64,000 nt of DNA from Patescibacteria group bacterium (lineage in GTDB: Bacteria; Patescibacteriota; Dojkabacteria; GCA-002793355): NCBI GenBank assembly GCA_016860985.1, contig BOKM01000001.1, positions 920,040 to 984,039 on the forward strand, in the 5' to 3' direction. Numbering within the stretch: the stretch's first letter is position 1; every line of letters starts with the position of its first letter. Shown here piece after piece: positions 55,807 through 64,000 of this stretch. The notes under the pieces were generated by a model, which saw only the letters and a program-made list of their open reading frames with translations, was not told the DNA's origin and did no database searches. A program made the translations under genes and the position numbers.

Positions 55807-56154
55807 CTAGAAGTTTGGAACATCAAATTCACCCGTAACTGCAGTAGATGCAGTTGTGTCGTCTGCAACTGGAGTTGTAGCGACTGGTGCTGTTGGTGCA
55901 GGTGTGCTGCCATTGTCTCGGTCTGATGGAACTTTGACATCAACAAACTTTCCTTCTTTGATTGCTTTGATTTTAACCAAAGATCGGATTGCATTAATTG
56001 TTTTACCCATTTTACCAATGACTAAACCGACATCTGTTGGTGCGGTGTGAATAGTCAAGATAATCTTACCATCTGCGAGTACTGACTCTTCGATGGAGAC
56101 TTCTTCTGGTTTTTCTACAATTGCTTTAACAATGTATGTTACTAAGTCTTTCAT
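55807..56154 (-). CDS. khpA: KH-domain RNA-binding protein (KhpA/YlqC-like) with a Pro/Thr/Ala-rich C-terminal extension
   Basis: The KH core contains GLVIGKMGKTINAIRSL. It sits in the conserved position downstream of rpsP. The C-terminal tail reads STPAPTAPVATTPVADDTTASTAV. Confidence 0.65.
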   Translation of the reverse strand: MKDLVTYIVKAIVEKPEEVSIEESVLADGKIILTIHTAPTDVGLVIGKMGKTINAIRSLVKIKAIKEGKFVDVKVPSDRDNGSTPAPTAPVATTPVADDTTASTAVTGEFDVPNF

Positions 56155-56193
56155 TGTTAGAAATGTTAAGTTATCTGAACATTATATACCAAA

Positions 56194-56484
56194 CTATTCA
56201 GCTTTCGCTGGTGTTTCTTTTTTGGCGATTGTTGGCCATCGCTTCTCTTTCTCTTCCTTTGGGAGGACTAATCGGAGCACTGAGTCTGTTGGTTGTGCAC
56301 CTTTTTTGACCCATTCTTCGTATTTCGTCATATCGAGTTGCAAGCCCTTCTCTTTTAATCCTGGGTTATACCAGCCGAGTGATTCGACGATTTTACCCTG
56401 GCGAGAAGTTCGTGCTTCCATGACGACGATGCGGTACATCGGTTGCCCTCTTTTTCCGGTTCGAGCAAGTCTAACCTTGAGCAT
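56194..56484 (-). CDS. rpsP: 30S ribosomal protein bS16
   Basis: [41 protein letters not shown] aligns with the bS16 N-terminus MVKIRLAR.G.K..P.Y.IVV.D.R..R.G..IE.LG.YNP. Confidence 0.85.
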   Translation of the reverse strand: MLKVRLARTGKRGQPMYRIVVMEARTSRQGKIVESLGWYNPGLKEKGLQLDMTKYEEWVKKGAQPTDSVLRLVLPKEEKEKRWPTIAKKETPAKAE

Positions 56485-57217
56485 GCGAATCTTCTATTAA
56501 CTTATCTAAAAGCCCAAGTGCTTTCTCTGCTGCTGCTTCCTCAGCTTTCTGTTTTGAGGAGCCACTGCCTTCTGAAAGCTGCTTTTCTCCTAGTTGCACT
56601 GCTGCAACATAGGTACGTTCATGAGCTGGACCGCTTTCCTGAATTATAGTATAAGTCGGCGTAATTTTGTAGTGTTGCTGCGTTATTTCCTGCAAGCGTG
56701 TTTTTGCGTCGGTATAATTTTTGTGCGTGACAGCGTCATCAATTTTTGAGAAAAGGTGCGCACTGATAAACTTGGCAGCATGCTTCATACCACCATCAAC
56801 GTAAATTGCACCTACAATTGATTCGAAAAGATTAGCCAATAAGTATTCTTTGTTTCTTCCTCCAGTTTTTTCCTCACCATGGCCAAGGATTAAGTTGTCG
56901 CCTAACCCAAGCTTAACTACTTCTTCTGCAAGGGAGGTCGTTTTTACGACGGCAGCTCGAACGAGAGTCATAATTCCTTCAGGAAGTTCTGGATAAGTGC
57001 GATACATATAGTCCGACACAACTAGTTCAACGACAGCATCACCGAGAAATTCTAACCGCTCGTTGTTATATTCGAATCCTTGTTTTTTTAGTTCGTTTGC
57101 AAATGATCTGTGTGTGAGTGCAGTGATAAGCGTTTGCTTCTTTTTAAACGTGTATCCAATGATTTTTTCTACTGGCGCAGTTGTTGTTTTACTGCTCTTT
57201 GCTCTTGAATTCGTCAT
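56471..57217 (-). CDS. rnc: Ribonuclease III
   Basis: The RNase III signature reads [22 protein letters not shown]-terminal dsRBD is present. Confidence 0.85.
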   Translation of the reverse strand: MTNSRAKSSKTTTAPVEKIIGYTFKKKQTLITALTHRSFANELKKQGFEYNNERLEFLGDAVVELVVSDYMYRTYPELPEGIMTLVRAAVVKTTSLAEEVVKLGLGDNLILGHGEEKTGGRNKEYLLANLFESIVGAIYVDGGMKHAAKFISAHLFSKIDDAVTHKNYTDAKTRLQEITQQHYKITPTYTIIQESGPAHERTYVAAVQLGEKQLSEGSGSSKQKAEEAAAEKALGLLDKLIEDSHAQG

Positions 57218-57608
57218 AAATTGCTCCTAATACTCCATTTACAAACTTAGAGCTCGTCTCTGTTCCAAAAAGTTTTGCTAGTTCAATTCCTTCGTTGATT
57301 GCAACTTTCGGTGGTGTTAGCTCAGTTAATATTCCCTCTGCGATAACGACTCGCAAAATGCTGTAATCTACGGGATTAATTTCGTCTAAGGGCCTTTCTT
57401 TTGCGTATTTCAATATAAGTTCGTCAATCTTTTCCTTATGGGTTTCTATTGCAGAAAGAATTGCCTTGTATTTTTCAATATCGATGGGATAGTTCTTCGT
57501 TAAGAGAGATTCTACGTTTGCCTCTTCAAATTGGGTGTGTGCGTAATATGATTGAATAATCAAAATTCTCGCGTTTCTTCTTTTGTCACCCGAATTATAC
57601 AAATCCAT
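57189..57608 (-). CDS. nusB: Transcription antitermination factor NusB. The start is taken at the internal Met so that it does not overlap rpmF.
   Basis: Helical protein of about 140 aa with [13 protein letters not shown] (compare R..ARE.ALQ.LY) and [26 protein letters not shown]. Confidence 0.65.
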   Translation of the reverse strand: MDLYNSGDKRRNARILIIQSYYAHTQFEEANVESLLTKNYPIDIEKYKAILSAIETHKEKIDELILKYAKERPLDEINPVDYSILRVVIAEGILTELTPPKVAINEGIELAKLFGTETSSKFVNGVLGAIYDEFKSKEQ

Positions 57609-57612
57609 GGTA

Positions 57613-57768
57613 TTACCTCGCATTACAGTGAACGCATTTTGCGTGATTCTTTTTCAAGTGTCCACATTTTGCGCAAGTAGTAACTCCGGTGAGCTCTACC
57701 CTACTGTTTACTCGGTTTCTTCTTGCACTACGTGCATGAGAATGTCTTTTTTTTGGTACTGCTGGCAT
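57613..57768 (-). CDS. rpmF: 50S ribosomal protein bL32. This gene is not in the ORF track because it is shorter than 60 aa.
   Basis: The minus-strand translation is [51 protein letters not shown] (51 aa). It shows the bL32 basic N-terminus plus a C-x2-C...C-x2-C ribbon. Confidence 0.75.
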   Translation of the reverse strand: MPAVPKKRHSHARSARRNRVNSRVELTGVTTCAKCGHLKKNHAKCVHCNAR

Positions 57769-57834
57769 GAGTGAAGTTTACTATACTCGTGCTCGATAGT
57801 CAATAATAACACGCCAAAAACGGTAAGAAATTGG

Positions 57835-59655
57835 TCATTTGGTCATGTTCAGGAAGTCTCGCATTGCAAACGAGGCGACAGAACTGGTTCCTCCACCTTC
57901 TACAAGCATTGCAAAGGCATATTTAGGCTGCTCGTAAGGGTAAAAGCCGATGACCCACGCATGCGCAGTTGAATATCCATTTTTATCTTTTACACCGAAT
58001 TCAGCAGTACCAGTTTTGGCGGCAACGGACATTGGAACGTACTTCAATGCAGTTACAACTCCTCTTGAACCTGAAACGCTCATTCGCATTCCTTCTCGTA
58101 CAATCTTTAAGGTTTGCTCGGAGGCGATATCCTTTGAAAGGATTACAGGTTGTTTTGTTGTCACTTGTCCTTTTGCATCTTTAATTGATGTTACAAGTCT
58201 TGGTTTGTACAACGTGCCTCCATTTGCAATTGCTGCAGCTACATTTGCCATTTGTAATGGTGTTGCGAGTGCTATACCTTGCCCTATTGCAGAGTTGCAT
58301 GAATCACCCTCGGGATACCAGATTGGATCCAGCCATGTAGCGCCATTCTTTGCAAGCCAAATCTTATTTTCTGGAGAGGGTATTCGCCCCGACATTTCTC
58401 CAGGAAGATCAATACCGGTTTTTTTACCTATACCAAAGGTGTCTGTATAAGGGATGAGTTTATCGATTCCCAACTTTATAATTGTTCTGCAAAAAAAGAT
58501 GTTACTTGATACCATTAGTGCTTCCCGAACTGTAAGGTAGCCGTTATATCTTTTCCGATAGTCTTGAAATGGAAATCCTCCTGCGAGTTTTATAACCCCC
58601 GGTGCAAGAAACTTTGTATTCTCATCAATAGTGCCTGAATCCAGCGCAGCCGCGGCTACAATGGTTTTAAAGGTTGAGCCTGGGGGTTCTTGAGCGGCAA
58701 TCGGACGATTCAACAATGGAGTTTGTGGGCTTTGTATTAAGCTTGCGTAATCTTTCTGTGAGATTCCTTTGACAAACAAATTGGGGTCATATGAGGGATA
58801 GCTTACTAATGCAAGAATCTCTCCACTCCAGATGTCAATTAGGACTCCTGACCCACCTTTTGCCTTGTTATTATCTACGGCTTTCTTGAGTACCGCATAC
58901 AAATTCTCTTGGTATTTTTTGTAAATGGAGAGGGTTATTGTTTCACCCGCTTGCGGAGCGGTATCTTGTATTTGGCCAATTTGATTTCCGAATGCATCTT
59001 TCTCATATGTTTCGTAACGCAATTCACCTTGAAGGTCTTGGTCGTATTGGTACTCAATACCGCTTTTCCCGACCATTTGATTTCGTACGAGTGTCGTATT
59101 GTTCTTTAGGTCATTTTCGCTGGCAATACCTGTGTATCCTAATAAGTGGGCAAAAGGTTTAGGAGAAACATACTCACGAAGATAACTATGGCGCAACACT
59201 ACACCTTCAGGATTCTTTTCTTTGAGCATTACGACGATTGATTTTTCCGCGTCATGAATAAGGAGTGTGATTCCAAGTGATCCTTCTTTGAATATATCTG
59301 CAATCTTATCTTTATACTCGGGAAGTAAAGCGTTAAGTGTTTCTTGATTTGCTTGAGTTGTATCAACATAAACATCGTATGATTTTTTATTTTGAACAAG
59401 CGCTACGCCATTTCTGTCTAGGATAAGTCCTCTTTCACCGAACGTAACAATTTTACCCACTGAATTGTGGTCGGCGAGTGCTTGGTATTCCTTGCCTTGA
59501 GCTATTGTGAGTTGAAATCCAGAGTAAATGAGGTAAAGAAAGGAAAACAGTATTACAGCAAATATTGCAGATATACCAAGGTATTGTGATGATGACGACT
59601 CGACAACTTTCTTTGCAAGCCCTGTTACCTCGATTACTTTTGGTTGGGACTTCAT
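57835..59655 (-). CDS. mrdA: Penicillin-binding protein 2 (class B transpeptidase of the elongasome)
   Basis: The N-terminal TM and dimerisation domain are followed by transpeptidase motifs SxxK (GSTFKTIV), SxN (VSSNIFF) and KTG (KTGTAEF). It is located with mreBCD. Confidence 0.8.
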   Translation of the reverse strand: MKSQPKVIEVTGLAKKVVESSSSQYLGISAIFAVILFSFLYLIYSGFQLTIAQGKEYQALADHNSVGKIVTFGERGLILDRNGVALVQNKKSYDVYVDTTQANQETLNALLPEYKDKIADIFKEGSLGITLLIHDAEKSIVVMLKEKNPEGVVLRHSYLREYVSPKPFAHLLGYTGIASENDLKNNTTLVRNQMVGKSGIEYQYDQDLQGELRYETYEKDAFGNQIGQIQDTAPQAGETITLSIYKKYQENLYAVLKKAVDNNKAKGGSGVLIDIWSGEILALVSYPSYDPNLFVKGISQKDYASLIQSPQTPLLNRPIAAQEPPGSTFKTIVAAAALDSGTIDENTKFLAPGVIKLAGGFPFQDYRKRYNGYLTVREALMVSSNIFFCRTIIKLGIDKLIPYTDTFGIGKKTGIDLPGEMSGRIPSPENKIWLAKNGATWLDPIWYPEGDSCNSAIGQGIALATPLQMANVAAAIANGGTLYKPRLVTSIKDAKGQVTTKQPVILSKDIASEQTLKIVREGMRMSVSGSRGVVTALKYVPMSVAAKTGTAEFGVKDKNGYSTAHAWVIGFYPYEQPKYAFAMLVEGGGTSSVASFAMRDFLNMTK

Positions 59656-60098
59656 ATTTTTCTTTTAAAGGAAAGTATAAATACGATAACAACTAACGCG
59701 ACACATGTGCCAATAAGTGTAGTTGGAAGTACACCAAACAGAAACGCATGTGGGAGAGTAAGATAGTAACGTGCAATTGCTTCTCCAACGATATAGATAA
59801 TTGAAAATAGTGACCAAAAGATGAGTGGTGTAATTCCTTTTGCCGTTACTTTCTGTGAAATCGTTATGAATGCAAAGAACAGTAAGGCATTTATGAGAGG
59901 GAGTAATCCTGCAGGTGATTCGAAAACAAGCGAGTAGATTAATACCACGAGAGTGCTTGTTGTCCCAATCGATAAGAGTTTATCCTGATTCAATAATGAT
60001 AATACCGCTAAGGTTAATACGAACAAATCAAGAAAAGGGAATAACGAGCGAATCAGTAACGATGCCATAATAATTAGAATTAGTGTACGTTGTTTCAT
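59652..60098 (-). CDS. mreD: Rod shape-determining protein MreD
   Basis: A 148-aa polytopic membrane protein immediately downstream of mreC with a 4-bp overlap. Confidence 0.55.
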   Translation of the reverse strand: MKQRTLILIIMASLLIRSLFPFLDLFVLTLAVLSLLNQDKLLSIGTTSTLVVLIYSLVFESPAGLLPLINALLFFAFITISQKVTAKGITPLIFWSLFSIIYIVGEAIARYYLTLPHAFLFGVLPTTLIGTCVALVVIVFILSFKRKI

Positions 60099-60892
60099 TC
60101 CAACACTACCGTTACATAATTTATGGAATCAAGCGGGAGCAGTCCCTTTACGGTTGCTTTTCTTTCTGCACTGCCATCGTTCGCAGGGACTTTTGTTATG
60201 GTACCAAAAGAAAAGTAGTACGGGTAATCTTCTCTTCTTATTGAAACAACGTCGTGCAATTTCACTTGTTCAGTTGCAAGAAGGTCTGTCATTTCTATTG
60301 AGCTAATTTCTGTTTTAAGAATCCCAGAAATCTTGCTTTTGAGTATATAACCTACAAACTCCTGACCGGGAATGAGATAGGTAATACAAATTGACTCGTA
60401 GGGAGTAACTTCGGAGATATAACCGACATAGGAATTTCCAATAACAACTGGCATTCCGGTACGTATCCCCACACGAGAGCCTCGATTAAGTTTTATTTTT
60501 CCACGGATGTTCTCGGTATGAATGTCTAGTACCCTGGCGCGTTCTGAACGTTTATACTCTTTGTCTTTTTTTAGTGTGTCTAGTTCTTTGCCGAGGCTCT
60601 TGAATGATTCTATGTCTTGGGCATAGGATGTATTTGCAGTTTCGAGTTCAAGAATCCTTTGTTTTAGAGTAATATTTTCTTCGCTTAAGGTACTTCCATC
60701 AAATATATTTTGAAAGGAATGTAACGTCCCACTTTTAATTGTAAATGAAACGGTAGTAAGTGGATAGGCAATGTACGACCGAATTTGTTTGAACCAATAA
60801 AGCGCTCCGGTTAGGTCAAGAAGGAGCAATAGTGACGAAAAAAACAGAAGAACGAGTATTGGAGTTAGATCTTTACTTGTCGTCGGAGGCAT
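60095..60892 (-). CDS. mreC: Rod shape-determining protein MreC
   Basis: An N-terminal TM and a coiled coil are followed by two beta domains (GIRTGMPVVIGNSYVGYISEV). The gene lies between mreB and mreD. Confidence 0.7.
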   Translation of the reverse strand: MPPTTSKDLTPILVLLFFSSLLLLLDLTGALYWFKQIRSYIAYPLTTVSFTIKSGTLHSFQNIFDGSTLSEENITLKQRILELETANTSYAQDIESFKSLGKELDTLKKDKEYKRSERARVLDIHTENIRGKIKLNRGSRVGIRTGMPVVIGNSYVGYISEVTPYESICITYLIPGQEFVGYILKSKISGILKTEISSIEMTDLLATEQVKLHDVVSIRREDYPYYFSFGTITKVPANDGSAERKATVKGLLPLDSINYVTVVLE

Positions 60893-60898
60893 AAGGAA

Positions 60899-61948
60899 TT
60901 ATAACAGGCTTTTCTCTGCTTCCTTTAGCTTTCTCAGTACATCGATATGCTTAAGTGCTTCCAGCGTTCCTAGCACTACGCTATACGAAGGATCGGCCGG
61001 CCGTTTAACTTTTATATGGAGGGCTTCTTCCCAGTACTTATCAAGACCTTCGAGTTTACCGCCCCCTCCTGTTAGTAGAATTCCTTGTGAATAGACATCG
61101 GATACAAGTTCAGGTGGTGCGTCTTCGATAGCTTGTTTGATTGCGTCAGTCATCGCTACAAGTGAAGGTGCAACTGCCTCTGCGACATCATTGCTTCCAA
61201 TTTCTATAGACCGTGGTAACCCTTTTACAATATCTCTTCCTTGCACTGCAACAAACTTTTCTTTTTTGAGTGGTATGGCCGAGCCTACAGTCATTTTGAT
61301 CTTTTCTGCAGAGCGCTTCCCAATCAAAATTCCATATCGGTCTTTAAGATAATCGACTATTTGTTCGTCCATTTCGTCCCCTGCAATCGGAATTGTTTTA
61401 TCGACCACAATACCTCCAAGCGAGATGATTGCGATATCAGTTGTTCCTCCGCCGATGTCTACAACTAAATTTCCAATTGGCTCATTTACTGGTATTCCCA
61501 CACCGATTGCTGCTGCCATCGGTTCTTCGATAACATACGCTTCTCTTGCACCTGCTGACTCTGCAGCATCGATTACTGCTTGTCTTTCAACTTCTGTGAT
61601 TGACGAAGGAACACCAATAACGACTCGTGGTCGCGGAACGGTTGAATATGTTGAATGTTCTTGGTGTACTTTAGCAATAAAGTACTTAAGCATTGCTAGG
61701 GTTGTATCAAAGTCGATAATGATTCCATCCTTTAAGGGGCGTAGCGCTATTACTGATGCCGGTGTTCTTCCAAGCATCTCTTTTGCCTCTTTACCAACGG
61801 CGAGTACTTCTCGCGTTGCTTTATTAATTGCAACTACAGAAGGTTCAAATAAAACTACTCCCTTACCTTTGATCCCAACGCGCGTATTCGCAGTACCTAG
61901 GTCAATACCGATATCAAACGTGAATAACTGAAAGAAAGATTCGAACAT
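60899..61948 (-). CDS. mreB: Rod shape-determining actin homologue MreB
   Basis: Actin-fold motifs are present: DIGIDLGTANTRV, the phosphate-2 motif VVDIGGGTTD and GILLTGGGG. Confidence 0.9.
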   Translation of the reverse strand: MFESFFQLFTFDIGIDLGTANTRVGIKGKGVVLFEPSVVAINKATREVLAVGKEAKEMLGRTPASVIALRPLKDGIIIDFDTTLAMLKYFIAKVHQEHSTYSTVPRPRVVIGVPSSITEVERQAVIDAAESAGAREAYVIEEPMAAAIGVGIPVNEPIGNLVVDIGGGTTDIAIISLGGIVVDKTIPIAGDEMDEQIVDYLKDRYGILIGKRSAEKIKMTVGSAIPLKKEKFVAVQGRDIVKGLPRSIEIGSNDVAEAVAPSLVAMTDAIKQAIEDAPPELVSDVYSQGILLTGGGGKLEGLDKYWEEALHIKVKRPADPSYSVVLGTLEALKHIDVLRKLKEAEKSLL

Positions 61949-62015
61949 AATGAGATTATACAGTATGAACGATAAGTTTTTCTTAACGACTATTGATAAA
62001 CAGTGTTACCGAATT

Positions 62016-62276
62016 TTATGCAAGTTTGAGCCCTTTGAGTGCCTTTACATTCTTTTTGTTTAGGAATGTTGCCCCATCTTTAGTATATCTCTTGTAACAA
62101 GACATACACATTTTGACTTCTTTAACTGCACCAGTTACTGCAATCTTTACTGGTCGAATATTTGGTACCCAAGTTCGCTTTGTGCGTGGTGCCTTATATC
62201 GCCATGCTGAGTGTCGGTGAATGTGCGAATCACCGTGCGCTGTTTTTTTGTCACATACATCACATCGTAGTGCCAT
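62016..62276 (-). CDS. rpmB: 50S ribosomal protein bL28
   Basis: MALRCDVCDKKTAHGDSHIHRHSAWRYKAPRTKRTWVPNI aligns with B. subtilis [33 protein letters not shown]. Confidence 0.7.
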   Translation of the reverse strand: MALRCDVCDKKTAHGDSHIHRHSAWRYKAPRTKRTWVPNIRPVKIAVTGAVKEVKMCMSCYKRYTKDGATFLNKKNVKALKGLKLA

Positions 62277-62280
62277 ATTC

Positions 62281-62994
62281 TTAATCCATCAACTTAATAT
62301 CAAATGAAACTGATGGTCCCATGGTTGGAGCAAGGTAGGCCTTCTTAATGACATATTCTTTGCTCTTTCCAAGTAGTGACACCACCGCGGTAATCATTTC
62401 TTTAACGTTTGCTTCGATTTTTTCGTTTGCGTACGAAACTTTTCCTACTGCGACATGAATGCCACCTGCGGAGTCAGCCTTGTAAACAAGTTTACCTCTC
62501 TTAAATTCACCAACGACGGCTGCCATTTTATCTGGTGTAACAACGGTACCGTTCTTTGGGTTTGGCATAAGGCCTTTTGGACCAAGTGCTTTACCGTGAA
62601 CTGCAAGTTGTGCCATCATATCTGGTGTAGCAAGTAAGATGTCGAACTCGATTTTACCTGCTTTAATACTTTCCATAAGTTCATCGAATTTGTAGATGTC
62701 TGCACCAGATTCTTGCGCAGCTTTCTCAAGATGTGCGGGAACGGCTACAGCAATACGCGATGACTTACTTTCCATATAAGGGAGGCTTACGCTTCCTTTA
62801 ATCGATTTTGGATCTTTGTCTTTTGGCAAGATAGTAACAAGATGAAGTTCAAGTGTTCCATCGAATTTGCTGTAAGAAAGCTTTTTAACATTCTCAACTG
62901 CATCTTTCAAAGAAACAACTTTATCGAGTTGCTTTTCTGCTATTTTTTGATATTTCTTTCCTCTGTTCATACGTTTAGTCAACAATCTTAACAC
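62281..62994 (-). CDS. rplA: 50S ribosomal protein uL1
   Basis: Typical uL1 N-terminus (KRMNRGKKYQK..EK) and two-domain fold motifs are present. The gene is adjacent to rplK. Confidence 0.85.
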   Translation of the reverse strand: MLRLLTKRMNRGKKYQKIAEKQLDKVVSLKDAVENVKKLSYSKFDGTLELHLVTILPKDKDPKSIKGSVSLPYMESKSSRIAVAVPAHLEKAAQESGADIYKFDELMESIKAGKIEFDILLATPDMMAQLAVHGKALGPKGLMPNPKNGTVVTPDKMAAVVGEFKRGKLVYKADSAGGIHVAVGKVSYANEKIEANVKEMITAVVSLLGKSKEYVIKKAYLAPTMGPSVSFDIKLMD

Positions 62995-63400
62995 CCATTT
63001 GACGTGCAGTTCCCATAACGGTATTCATTGCACTCTCAACCTTTGTTGTGTTGAGATCCTTCAATTTTTCTTCTGCAATTTCCTTTACTTGTGCTTTTGT
63101 TAATGTTCCAACTTGCTGCAAGTTTGGTTTTGCTGAACCCTTAGTGATTTTGGCCTTTTTTCTGATAAGATCCGAAACCGGTGGTGTTCGAAGTTCAATT
63201 GAAAAAGTTCTATCATCGTAAGTAGTTACGATTGCTGGAACTTGTACGTCACCCATTTGACGAGTTGCTTCGTTGAATTTGTCGCAGAACTCTTTAATGT
63301 TGACTTGCTTGGCGGACAAAGCCGGACCAAGTGGTGGTGCTGGCACTGCTTTTCCTGCAGCGATAATCACCTTGAATTGGCTTTTAATTTTTTTAGCCAT
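62975..63400 (-). CDS. rplK: 50S ribosomal protein uL11
   Basis: MAKKIKSQFKVIIAAGKAVPAPPLGPALSAKQVNI contains the uL11 PPLGPALG motif. Confidence 0.85.
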   Translation of the reverse strand: MAKKIKSQFKVIIAAGKAVPAPPLGPALSAKQVNIKEFCDKFNEATRQMGDVQVPAIVTTYDDRTFSIELRTPPVSDLIRKKAKITKGSAKPNLQQVGTLTKAQVKEIAEEKLKDLNTTKVESAMNTVMGTARQMGVKIVD

Positions 63401-63420
63401 ACTAATCTCCTCCCTCTAAA

Positions 63421-63954
63421 CTAAAGCTTTTGAATTTGAGTTAAGTCGAGGTCAAACGGAGTCTCACGACCGAACATGGTAATGAGAACTTTCACTTTGC
63501 CTTTTGATTCATCAACCTCTGAAACTTTCCCGATAAAGTCTTTGAATGGTCCATCAACAATCTTGACGGCATCATTTACGCGAACAGACATCGCGTAAGA
63601 CTTAGTCTTCTTAGTTTCTTCAGGTTTTTGATCCATCATTCGTGCGACTTCTTCATCCGTAAGTGGGTATACTTCGGTTCCAATTCGGACGAACCCACGT
63701 ACTTCTTCGATGTTTGTTAGTAAAGATGCAGTTTGTTGATCGTATTTCATCTTTACAAGGAGGTAACCAGGAAGAAGTCTTTTCTTTTTAATCTCCTTTT
63801 TTCCTTCTTTAATAACAATTTTTGATTGCTTTGGGATACTGATTTCGGAGATAACATCCTTAGCATTTTGTGCAGCAATCATGGTTTTAATTTTCTCAGC
63901 GACAAAGTCTTCTTTGCCGGAGTGTACATTGAGCACATACCATTTGTGTTCCAT
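63421..63954 (-). CDS. nusG: Transcription termination/antitermination factor NusG
   Basis: The NGN domain begins KWYVLNVHSGKE. The C-terminal KOW motif reads IVDGPFKDFIGKVSEVDESKGKVKVLITMFGRETP. Confidence 0.85.
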   Translation of the reverse strand: MEHKWYVLNVHSGKEDFVAEKIKTMIAAQNAKDVISEISIPKQSKIVIKEGKKEIKKKRLLPGYLLVKMKYDQQTASLLTNIEEVRGFVRIGTEVYPLTDEEVARMMDQKPEETKKTKSYAMSVRVNDAVKIVDGPFKDFIGKVSEVDESKGKVKVLITMFGRETPFDLDLTQIQKL

Positions 63955-63961
63955 TTCGTCG

Positions 63962-64000
63962 CTAATTAAATAAAATCATGTTTCGCAGGTTACCAAACCC
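63962..64000 (-). CDS. secE: Probable 3' end of secE, truncated at the window edge
   Basis: Only 13 codons are visible (..GFGNLRNMILFN*). The call rests on the universal secE-nusG-rplK-rplA order. Confidence 0.3.
   Translation of the reverse strand, partial: GFGNLRNMILFN

Noticed and set aside
56515-56545. gctgcttcc, the reverse complement of the SRP-RNA domain IV GGAAGCAGC motif
   Set aside because: It lies inside the rnc coding sequence with no surrounding 4.5S-like helix, so it is a chance match.

Overview
This window is a gene-dense chromosomal segment with about 40% GC. Genes are tightly packed or overlapping, and Shine-Dalgarno sites are mostly weak. A TGA stop overlaps an ATG start at 21055-21058, which supports the standard code (11) rather than a UGA-recoding lineage. 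Five tRNAs and many large secreted or membrane-anchored hypothetical proteins are present. The overall look suggests a small-genome Gram-positive-type bacterium, possibly Patescibacteria/CPR, but that placement is inference from gene content only. Core genes include uppP, murG, clpC, a PspC-domain gene with a LiaF/YvlB-like partner, tsaD/tsaB/tsaE, recO, an ABC-F ATPase, secA, trmD, a dgkA-family kinase, a polyprenyl-phosphate sugar transferase with two GT4 genes, yhaM, panE, a Mur ligase, an M50 protease, a KsgA/Erm-family methyltransferase, and the block rpsP-khpA / rnc / nusB / rpmF / mrdA-mreDCB / rpmB-rplA-rplK-nusG-secE. Accessory content is scattered among these. There is a 1498-aa repeat-built surface protein next to the PspC module. 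A 1011-aa secreted M23 peptidase follows secA. A secreted Thr-rich protein and a C-terminally anchored protein form a pair beside a pentapeptide-repeat gene at tRNA-Val. A run of hypothetical surface proteins and a degenerate cupin-type PGI-like ORF lies beside tRNA-Gly. There is an operon of a tandem Nudix protein, an Erg6/SMT-like methyltransferase and a Cys-type class-2-like dihydroorotate dehydrogenase. Two paralogous MFS transporters are present, one adjacent to the Erm/KsgA-like methyltransferase. An 18-nt duplicate of a tRNA-Thr 3' end is present. A membrane-protein gene has a structured leader of about 165 nt behind an extended -10 promoter. A GT4 gene carries an 8-G homopolymer. I found no CRISPR array, integrase, transposase or recognisable defence system. 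All domain calls come from motif recognition by eye and need HMM or structure confirmation.
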